Shown piece by piece: positions 27,401 through 33,911 of a DNA stretch of 33,911 bases (within the stretch, counting starts at the first letter, position 1; each line of letters begins with the position of its first letter). The translations under genes and the position numbers were made by a program. The DNA comes from an uncultured Prevotella sp. Its GTDB lineage: Bacteria; Bacteroidota; Bacteroidia; Bacteroidales; Bacteroidaceae. The notes under the pieces were generated by a model. The model did not search any database. It saw nothing but the letters and a program-made list of their open reading frames with translations, and was not told the origin of the DNA. The stretch covers positions 1-33,911 of the forward strand of contig CAYXGN010000002.1 of assembly GCA_964464505.1 (NCBI GenBank), written 5' to 3'.

Positions 27401-27418
27401 AATTCCTTTGTTCTGCAT
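24416..27418 (-). CDS. secDF: Protein translocase subunit SecDF (fused)
   Basis: LGLDLKGG, GMAVDANVLIYER, IFDSN, GIDFTGG, GYSINDKVVVFDRIRE, LSRTINTS. Confidence 0.98.
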   Translation of the reverse strand: MQNKGIVILTAVLLTLASIFYLSFSVATEYYDSQAAKIKDPIAQQDYKDSVKYLGIYSYQKCLETRIGLGLDLKGGMNVILEVSVPDVIETLAEHKSDEAFVKSMKEAKAEEETSQDDFVTLFINAYHRNAPGHRLAEIFATQQLQGKVSPNSSDKDVEKVLRAEVQSAIDNSFTVVRTRIDKFGVVQPNIQKLEGQQGRIMVEMPGINEPERVRKLLQGSANLEFWETYNSDEIVPLFSQIDQRFANAGSEQEAAADTVKADTAKAAVAKTETSKFQIKKENKEPKESTSSAKELEEAKKLHPLLAILNPTGNGALSLVGYASARDTAAVNKIIYSDIAKQILPSDCRLLWSAKPADGLQVKNYYELHAIKVTTSNGRAPIEGDVITEAKDQFNNLTGSPEVSMTMNSDGARRWAALTKANVGKAIAIVLDGTVYSAPRVNGEISGGQSSISGNFTIEDTKDLANTLKSGRMPAPARIVQEEVVGPTLGAQSIQQGFMSFVVAFIILMIYMIAMYDFIPGMVANGALLLNLFFTMGIMASFQAALTMSGIAGIVLALGMAVDANVLIYERTKEELKKGLGTKQALTLGYSNAFSAIFDSNFTSIITGVILYMFGTGPIRGFATTLIIGIICSFFTAVFLTRLVYENRLKHDKWTKQTFTTRISRNFMANKNFRFMRMYRKSFTVAGVMLLIVITSFCVRGLSKGIDFTGGRNYVVVLEKQVEPEQVTEALRPLFPNSTISALALGTDHKTIRISTNYKIESNNPAIDNEVENILYKGLHGAGLVTQESVEAFKNPDIRAGGSIVSSTKVGPAVAKDITHGAIISVILALVAIFLYILIRFHNVAFSIGSTVALAIDATIVIGFFSLLWDIVPFSLEVDQTFIGAILTIIGYSINDKVVVFDRIRENLTLHKKMNLQQLFNNSLNETLSRTINTSFSTLIVLLCIFALGGESTRSFSFAMALGVIVGTLSSIFIAAPIAYLTLGHKIKDHHEESAEVVKA

Positions 27419-27491
27419 TTTGTTTTATTGTTTTTATTATTATTTGTTCTTTTCCAGATGACGGTGTGGGGACATACTCTCCACAGTCGTG

Positions 27492-27499
27492 CAAAGGTA
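27492..27499 (-). promoter_or_regulatory. -7 promoter box (TACCTTTG) for secDF
   Basis: TAnnTTTGCA about 73 nt upstream of the start. Confidence 0.72.
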
Positions 27500-27643
27500 G
27501 TTATTTTTTCACATTACCGAAAATTTATAGCCTTAATAATTGATTTTTAGTGGCAAATGGAGCCTTTTTTTGCCACTGTGGGTGCGCCCTATATATATTA
27601 TATAATGTGTAAATGGGGTTTTGGGGCGTTCTTTCCCTTACGC

Positions 27644-27688
27644 AAAAAAGGCAATGCAGTCCACCGAAGCGGTGTCTGCATTGCCTTT
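27644..27688 (-). terminator. Intrinsic terminator of the TlpA-Omp28 cluster
   Basis: AAAGGCAATGCAG-TC-CACCG-AAG-CGGTG-T-CTGCATTGCCTTT with a U6 tract on the minus strand. Confidence 0.88.
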
Positions 27689-27760
27689 ATGATTGTCGTC
27701 TTATGAGCCGGAGCGGTGACAAGCGCTGAGGGTCAAGACGCGGTTTTCTGTTGTCGCGGA

Positions 27761-29812
27761 TTACTTCACGAGCACTGTCTTGCTTGTGCCGTCGGAGAAC
27801 TTCACGATGTTGATGCCCTTAACGGGTGCTGCGAGCTGTGTGCCGTCGGCTGCATAGCGGGCCACAACGGTCTTGCTTTCGCCGGGAACGACATTCTTTA
27901 TGCCTGTCGACTCGCCGTCGTTGATTGCCACCATGTTACAGTTGGACACCCAGACATCGCGGTCGTCGCTGTTCCAAGCAGCCAAGTTGCCCTTGCTGTC
28001 GAATATTGCGAACACGTTGTTGATGAATGCAATGGCGTGCATCTGAGAGTAGTCCCACTCCTCGGGGATGTTCACCACGTAGGTCTCCTCGAAGTCGTCG
28101 CCGTTCCAATTGATTGCATCGCCGCTCGGACCGGTTACGATTTGGCGGAGCACGTTGTCGTGCTTGTATTTCTTAAGAGTGGTGCTTCCGTATGCCTGTG
28201 AGCCTACCAAGCCGTCCTCAGTGAGGTAGATGGTGAGGCAAGCGCTTCTCAAAATGTCGGCAGCACCCTTCAAACCCTTACCTGTAACAGTGATGGTGAG
28301 TTCGCCGTCATTGTCTGCATTGTAGTTGGTGGTGAGGTTAAGGTTGACGAAAGAAGGAATGTCTGTGTTCGACTCATCAACGAACTCGCTGAAATAAGCG
28401 GCTGCTTCGCTGTAGTTGGTGTAGCCGATAGGAATACCAACCAAACCGTTTGAGTTCACCGATTCGTTGTTGATGTAGTAGCGGTTGAAGCTTGCGTACG
28501 GGAAACCATTCACGCTGTAGGAGGTGATATAGGCACCGTCGGAGCACACATAGTCGTCGTCGCCTTGTACAGAATTATAGCTGTGGATGGCAACACGAGC
28601 CAAATCGTCGCGCGATTTCTCAAGAGCGCCGAGCACATCGTAGCCGTAAGGGCAGTTGACGCAGCCTTGGCTGGTGAACTGTTCAACGAGATTCTTCTGC
28701 TTCTTCATGCAGTCTGTGTAGACGCGGAGCGTGCTATAGAGTGTGTCGTTGGAGAGATCGCCGGTGGGGTCGCCGCCGTTCATGCTCTTGACATAGAGGC
28801 TCAGGCGGTGAGTACCTATTTCCACGTCAGAGGGAACTCTGATGCTGTTAGCCTGATAACTCTGGATTTCGTTGGTGAGTTCGATTGTCGGCTCCCATGT
28901 TTGAATTTCAGTGCCGTCGATGGCGAGGCCGAAAGCATAGGAAGACAAGGCTTCCGAGCCGTCGTTCATGCAAGAGAAATCAACGTCGAAAGTGCCGTTG
29001 TTCTTCTCAACGAACTTGTCGGCGTGGAACGATTTCATGATGACATCCTGACCAAAACCACCTTCACGCTCTACGAGCACCTGAAGACAGAGGTTCACCC
29101 AAGACGAGCCGTTGGCAACAGGAACCCATCCGAAGCCAGTCTTCTTGGTCTGAGAGTCGGTGTATTCAGCATTGAGGAGGAAGCCACCTTCAAATCCATA
29201 GGTTGAGTTTACCCAAAGAGGCATACACTCATCGGTGTAGTCGGTGCCGTCAGATTTCTTTGTTTCCAACTGTGTGTAGTCGAAACCGATGAGCAATTCC
29301 TGCGGGTCGGCGGGGATAGTGTAAGGAGTGTCGAAGCGAACGTCGTTCCAAATGAGTTCTTCTGTGGTCACAGGAACGGTCTCTTCAACGTCCTTGCTGG
29401 CGAGAACATCGCCCACTTGGAACACACCTGCTTCAGTCTGGCCTTCCGAAGCATACATTCTTACGGTTGTGGAGCCGATGGTTGTGGCGAGGCAGAAGCG
29501 CACTCCGACAATCTTGTCGCCTGCATAGTTTTTCAAAACGCTTACCGGGATGACAGTACCGGCTTCCTTTATGTTGGCACCGGGAACTCCAACAGCCAGC
29601 GACGGGGTGTCAGCTCCGTCGTTACCGATGTAACGCTGGTTGTCGGCGAGCGTTGTTGCGTCGCCCTTTGTGGGTGCATAAGCCTTCTGCTGGCTTTGCG
29701 AAACAGTCGCCTTCGGCGCTCTCTTCGAGGCTGCTGCAGCCTGAAGAGACTGAGCGGTTGCTGCTGATGCTGTCAGCAACAAGGCTACTAATGGAAGTAA
29801 AACTTTCTTCAT
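27761..29812 (-). CDS. Omp28-related secreted protein (thioredoxin-like CxxC plus Ig-like domain) with short T9SS CTD
   Basis: Signal peptide (ATA-Q); LVEQFTSQGCVNCP, VAIH, GFP..FNR, YLTEDG, HDNVLR; C-terminal VVARYAADG...KGINIVK. Confidence 0.85.
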   Translation of the reverse strand: MKKVLLPLVALLLTASAATAQSLQAAAASKRAPKATVSQSQQKAYAPTKGDATTLADNQRYIGNDGADTPSLAVGVPGANIKEAGTVIPVSVLKNYAGDKIVGVRFCLATTIGSTTVRMYASEGQTEAGVFQVGDVLASKDVEETVPVTTEELIWNDVRFDTPYTIPADPQELLIGFDYTQLETKKSDGTDYTDECMPLWVNSTYGFEGGFLLNAEYTDSQTKKTGFGWVPVANGSSWVNLCLQVLVEREGGFGQDVIMKSFHADKFVEKNNGTFDVDFSCMNDGSEALSSYAFGLAIDGTEIQTWEPTIELTNEIQSYQANSIRVPSDVEIGTHRLSLYVKSMNGGDPTGDLSNDTLYSTLRVYTDCMKKQKNLVEQFTSQGCVNCPYGYDVLGALEKSRDDLARVAIHSYNSVQGDDDYVCSDGAYITSYSVNGFPYASFNRYYINNESVNSNGLVGIPIGYTNYSEAAAYFSEFVDESNTDIPSFVNLNLTTNYNADNDGELTITVTGKGLKGAADILRSACLTIYLTEDGLVGSQAYGSTTLKKYKHDNVLRQIVTGPSGDAINWNGDDFEETYVVNIPEEWDYSQMHAIAFINNVFAIFDSKGNLAAWNSDDRDVWVSNCNMVAINDGESTGIKNVVPGESKTVVARYAADGTQLAAPVKGINIVKFSDGTSKTVLVK

Positions 29813-29891
29813 TGTGTTATAGATTTTATTAAATTATTGATTTCTTCGTTTGTCGTTGCGGTCGCGATGGGGTTTCTGCACTTCCGAACGA

Positions 29892-30575
29892 TTACTTTAC
29901 ATTGAGTTTGACGGTGCGTCCGTCGGAGAGTTTAACGATGTTGATGCCCTTCACGGGAGCGTTGATGCGCTGTCCGCCAGTGGTATAGCGTGCCACCACT
30001 TTGGCTGCATCGTTGTCGGCAACGCCGTTGATGCCGGCAGGGTCGCGGTTTACGAACTGCACGGTTATGGTGCTGCTGGTGCCCACAGTGGTGTAGTCTA
30101 CGAAGCTGTTCTTAACGAGTGTGGTGAGGGTGAAGGTGGCGGTGCACTGTCCCCAAGACTCCGATGTTGCAGGAATCCATTCTGTTGACATACTTGCCAG
30201 ACCTGTTTCCTCATTGTAGGAAACTGCGTCAGACAGTAGGTTCTTGCCCAGGTCAGTGGTGCCTTTGGCCTTAAGCCTAAGGCAGTTTTGCGGAAAGCAC
30301 ACGCTCAGCATGCCGTTGTCAATGCTGCTCACGGTAACGCTCATCTGCACGGCATAGGTCTTGTCGGAGGCAGTCTGCTTTATGTAGAGACCTGAAAGAA
30401 TCTGTGCTGTCTCTTCAAATTCGTCGATGTCGAGTTCGTTGCGCACAATTGTCGTCGCGTTTTCATATTCATTGCCGTCCTTGTCGGTGAATACGAACAC
30501 GCGGTTGGCGTCCTGTTGGGCGAACGATGCGGTCACGCCGAGAAGCGCAACGCAAAGGAGTAGTATTTTTTTCAT
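29892..30575 (-). CDS. Small secreted beta-rich protein with Cx4C motif and short T9SS CTD
   Basis: Signal peptide (SFA-Q); VCFPQNC; C-terminal VVARYTTGG...KGINIVK. Confidence 0.8.
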   Translation of the reverse strand: MKKILLLCVALLGVTASFAQQDANRVFVFTDKDGNEYENATTIVRNELDIDEFEETAQILSGLYIKQTASDKTYAVQMSVTVSSIDNGMLSVCFPQNCLRLKAKGTTDLGKNLLSDAVSYNEETGLASMSTEWIPATSESWGQCTATFTLTTLVKNSFVDYTTVGTSSTITVQFVNRDPAGINGVADNDAAKVVARYTTGGQRINAPVKGINIVKLSDGRTVKLNVK

Positions 30576-30688
30576 AATCGATTATTTATTTTCTTTTATT
30601 CTTTTTCTCTTGTAAAGACCTTGCCTCGCTGTCGCAGCGGCGGCGTTATAATGCCCTGGGGAGGGCTTATTGTGTGTGAATACAGTTC

Positions 30689-31513
30689 TTATTCTGTCGG
30701 CAAGACAGTAAGGGCGGTTTTCTTAGTCACCTGCAACACCTCGCTGTCGTCGTAGACAAAAGCCACCACCGACACGTTCTCCACATTCCATGCTTCGGGC
30801 AACGTGTAGTTGTATGTCTTGCGGGTGTGCTCGCCTTCCTTTATGCTTACGTCCTCACCCCATGTTCCGTTTACTGAGGAGCGGAACACATGGTTGTGCA
30901 CATAGTTGCGGTCAACGCTGCCGTTGCCCAGTGTCTGCATTGCCACTATGCCGTCCTCGATGAGCCACACCTGCAACTTGGCTGTGCGGCTGCCGTCGGT
31001 GCCGAACGCATCGACATCGATTGTGAGTTCGCGTGTCTCTTCGTCGTAGGCGTTGTTGACATCGATTGAGAGCACAGCATCGTTGGCGATGAGCGAGGAA
31101 ACAGGACTCATCCAGGTGTCCAGCTCATTGTTCGGGGCTTGGTTGCGGTTGAAGAGCACCCACGGCTGACCTATTTTGCTGTCCTTGTCCCACTTCTTAT
31201 AGTATTCGTCTCCTTCGTCGGTCATGAGTCCGACATTCTTTGTCGTGCCCTTGAAACCGAGCGGACCGCTGTGTATTGCCACCACGATGACGTTGCTGTC
31301 GCCATACTCCTGCACTATTTCATTGAGCCTTTCGGAGCCTCGCGGGCAGTTGGGACACTTCTGACCGGTAAAGTCTTCGATGAGAACTGCGCGTTTTGCG
31401 TCAGCGGGTTTCACATAGATGAGGCGGTCGTCGGGGTCGATGTTGCTGCACGAAGCGGCGAGGACGACGGCGAAAACGGCTGCTATATAATATATAATGT
31501 GTCTTGCTTTCAT
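30689..31513 (-). CDS. Omp28-family outer-membrane lipoprotein
   Basis: Lipobox LAAS-C followed by acidic NIDPDD; VLIEDFTGQKCPNCP, VAIHSG, GQP..FNR, WLIEDG, HNHVFR. Confidence 0.9.
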   Translation of the reverse strand: MKARHIIYYIAAVFAVVLAASCSNIDPDDRLIYVKPADAKRAVLIEDFTGQKCPNCPRGSERLNEIVQEYGDSNVIVVAIHSGPLGFKGTTKNVGLMTDEGDEYYKKWDKDSKIGQPWVLFNRNQAPNNELDTWMSPVSSLIANDAVLSIDVNNAYDEETRELTIDVDAFGTDGSRTAKLQVWLIEDGIVAMQTLGNGSVDRNYVHNHVFRSSVNGTWGEDVSIKEGEHTRKTYNYTLPEAWNVENVSVVAFVYDDSEVLQVTKKTALTVLPTE

Positions 31514-31522
31514 TGTGTTCGC

Positions 31523-33229
31523 TTAGAAATTGAAGTTGTAGGACACTGTCACGCCCTTGCTGGCAGGCACATAACGGCACACGCCTCCTGAACAGTTGTA
31601 GCCCGCACGGGTCTTGCCGTAGCCCACTTGAAGGCGGTGTGCGCCGTGGGTCCAGGTGACAGAGCCGTTGAAATAGTGCTCCTTGTGGGTGCCGCGGCTT
31701 TCGTCTTTGGCTCCCGTCGAGGTGTAATAGTGCTCGTTGCCGTTGTATTGGTCGCTGATGGTAATCATGAAATGGGGCATGATGGAGAGTTCCAGAAGCC
31801 CGAACCACCAGTCGCCCTGGTCCTGCTTGGTGTGCAGATACTGTGCTTCGCCGCGGAGAGTGAGTCGCTTGTTGAACCTGTATTTACCCTCAGCAACAAA
31901 GATATTGGAGTGGATGAAGTCGCCTTCGCCCTCCACAACAGCCTTGTTGTACATTTGGTTCATGTACATAAGGTTGAGAGTGAAACTCTTTGAGAACTTC
32001 TTCTCCACCTGAACGTTGATGTCCTGATAGTAGGTCTGGTCGCCCCACTTCCAGAATGCGGAGCCGTAGCCGTCGGTTCCGGGTGTGCCTCCGTCTTTTA
32101 CATTGCGCTCAATGGCGTGGATATGTGAGAAGTTGAGTTTCACATTGGTGCCATACTTGCCTCCGAGGGGTGTGTGACGCTTGAATTTATAGCCCAGTTC
32201 TGCCTGATATGCCCACTCGCCGTTGGGTTGTGTGGCGTAGGGATAGAGTGCGGCGAGGGCGTAGGTGTGCTGCATCGTGAATGCAGGCAAGTGGTTGATG
32301 TACGACGCTGTGCCGTTGTCTTTGCGCAGACTGCGGAATGTCATGTTGTCGCTTCGCTTTGCCTGGAGGAGCAGACTCATTCCCTTTATGGAGTAAGACG
32401 CTGAAAGCATTGCCACATAACCCTTGCGATAGATGTAGGAGAAGTTCTTGTCGAAGGTGGGGTCTTGGGTCTTCTGGGCGTATTCCGCAAGCAGACTGAA
32501 GCCTCCCTTTTGCAGGTTGGCACGCACATCGAAGGCGTTTACATAGAGGGGGAAGTTGAGTTTGTGGGTGGCATCGGCGAACACTTCGTCGCGGGTGTGC
32601 TCGCGCTTGTTCACATAGGAGCCGCCGAGGGTGAGCACTGTACCCGATTCCTGCATCTTGCGACTCCATTGGTCGATGTTCAACTCAACATCGGCACCCG
32701 ACACCCAAGCATCGTTGTGCTCCCAATAGCGGCGCTGTTTGCCTGTGAGGAGTTTTAACTGCGTACCCTTGAAAGGCCGGTAGACGAGTCGTCCGCCAAG
32801 CAATGAGTTGTCGATTCCAAGAGAACGCTCTTCATAAGTGCGCAGGATGAAGCCCGAGCCAAACTGCTCGTAGTAGTTGCCGAGGGTGAGTTCGGCGTTC
32901 TTGAGTTTTCCTTTGATATAATAATATGGTAATCCCCAGCCCTTGAAGTCCTTGTCGAAGCCGGGCAAGGGATGCTCCAGATACTCCACTCTCACGCCAG
33001 CGTCGACATATTTGCTTAATGCGTGGACTTCGGCATAAGTGTTGGTGAGAATCTTGTCATCGTATGTTCCCGTTCCAATCCTGTCGTCTTCCTGTGGCAC
33101 GAGAATGTCGCTCTGCACGCTTCCGGTGATGGTGACCTCGTAGTTGTCGGAGAGTTTCACCTTCTGCGCGCTTGCTGCCGTCGCCAGAGCAGCGGCAAAG
33201 AGGAGCGAAAGAGTTCTGTTGGAAATCAT
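31523..33229 (-). CDS. DUF6029-like outer-membrane beta-barrel
   Basis: Signal peptide (ASA-Q); GNYYEQFGSGFILR..EERSLGIDNS motif; amphipathic strands; C-terminal VSYNFNF beta-signal; its only two Cys are in CSGGVC. Confidence 0.82.
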   Translation of the reverse strand: MISNRTLSLLFAAALATAASAQKVKLSDNYEVTITGSVQSDILVPQEDDRIGTGTYDDKILTNTYAEVHALSKYVDAGVRVEYLEHPLPGFDKDFKGWGLPYYYIKGKLKNAELTLGNYYEQFGSGFILRTYEERSLGIDNSLLGGRLVYRPFKGTQLKLLTGKQRRYWEHNDAWVSGADVELNIDQWSRKMQESGTVLTLGGSYVNKREHTRDEVFADATHKLNFPLYVNAFDVRANLQKGGFSLLAEYAQKTQDPTFDKNFSYIYRKGYVAMLSASYSIKGMSLLLQAKRSDNMTFRSLRKDNGTASYINHLPAFTMQHTYALAALYPYATQPNGEWAYQAELGYKFKRHTPLGGKYGTNVKLNFSHIHAIERNVKDGGTPGTDGYGSAFWKWGDQTYYQDINVQVEKKFSKSFTLNLMYMNQMYNKAVVEGEGDFIHSNIFVAEGKYRFNKRLTLRGEAQYLHTKQDQGDWWFGLLELSIMPHFMITISDQYNGNEHYYTSTGAKDESRGTHKEHYFNGSVTWTHGAHRLQVGYGKTRAGYNCSGGVCRYVPASKGVTVSYNFNF

Positions 33230-33238
33230 TGTTGTGTC

Positions 33239-33733
33239 TTACTTCGCGTTGTCGATGAGTTCACGCACTTCCTCGATGAGTTCGTCTTCGGCACCGTCGG
33301 TGTAGCCGTTGTGCTTCGCCACTACGTTGCCTTTGCCGTCGCACACCACTACGAAGGGTATGTTAATGCCTCCGAGGGCACGCTTGAAATCGCTGTTGGG
33401 GTCGAGCAGCACATCGAAAGTCCATCCGTGGTTGTCCACAAGTGGCTTCACTTTGTTTATGTTTTGCGCCTGGTCGATGGACACTGCGTAGACCTTTACG
33501 CCTGTCTCCGCCTGCCAGTCTTCGTAGACTTCGCTGATGGCTGTGAGTTCGCGGTTGCACGGTTTGCACCATGTCGCGAAGAAGTCGATGATGAACGGCT
33601 TGCCGTTGTTGGCGAGAGTGTCGGTCTTGACGACCTTGCCATCGATGCTCTTAAGCGTCACTGCGGGGAGCTGCGCACTCGCTGTCACTGCGAAAGCGAG
33701 CATAAGCAGGGTGGAAAGTAATAATTTCTTCAT
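33239..33733 (-). CDS. Periplasmic TlpA-family thiol-disulfide oxidoreductase
   Basis: Signal peptide (ASA-Q); IIDFFATWCKPC, VSID, NIP cis-Pro; start at ATG 33733 (alternative 33739), downstream of the promoter box. Confidence 0.93.
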   Translation of the reverse strand: MKKLLLSTLLMLAFAVTASAQLPAVTLKSIDGKVVKTDTLANNGKPFIIDFFATWCKPCNRELTAISEVYEDWQAETGVKVYAVSIDQAQNINKVKPLVDNHGWTFDVLLDPNSDFKRALGGINIPFVVVCDGKGNVVAKHNGYTDGAEDELIEEVRELIDNAK

Positions 33734-33751
33734 AGCCATTTCTATTTTTTG

Positions 33752-33759
33752 CAAAATTA
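33752..33759 (-). promoter_or_regulatory. -7 promoter box (TAATTTTG) for the TlpA-DUF6029-Omp28 cluster
   Basis: TAnnTTTGCA just upstream of the TlpA start. Confidence 0.6.
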
Positions 33760-33911
33760 TACATAAATCCATTTCCCACATAAGGAATTAGGGTTAAAAT
33801 TGCATAAAATGACTACAAAGTGTAGATTTAGCGTGTTTTGCGCCGCATTAAAGTGTAAAGTGTTAGCCCACACCAATTTGGTTTTGGGAGGGAAAGACGG
33901 TTCTTGCAAGG

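Noticed and set aside
27580..27588. GGGTGCGCC matching the end of a REP arm
   Set aside because: Only 9 nt; the rest of the arm is absent.

Overview
Core-chromosome segment of a Bacteroidales bacterium, Prevotella-like. The assignment rests on TAnnTTTG promoter boxes, signal peptides exposing an N-terminal Gln, and T9SS-type C-terminal domains (CTDs). It holds about 22 genes: parC-DUF3316-S41 peptidase-asd, pckA, upp, a Na/Pi cotransporter, a ThrRS-N/uridine-kinase fusion, ribD, argS-RNase H-PNGase F-like, an orphan Wzx flippase, a calycin-like secreted protein, a cysteine desulfidase, dsbD, secDF and a five-gene TlpA/DUF6029/Omp28 cluster. There are also two tRNAs, Leu-TAA and Arg-CCT. No integrase, transposase, phage gene or CRISPR array is visible. 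Most interesting: (1) the five-gene envelope cluster, whose products alternate CxxC and Cx4C dithiols in gene order, suggesting a DsbD-fed thiol relay across the outer membrane; (2) a 77-nt tight three-way-junction RNA between a promoter and tRNA-Arg; (3) a dispersed GTAG-type REP/REPIN family with a compensatory stem change; (4) two identical 37-bp triplex/G-quadruplex-capable repeats bracketing a secreted-protein gene plus tRNA-Leu. Family names come from motif recognition and recall; no database search was run.
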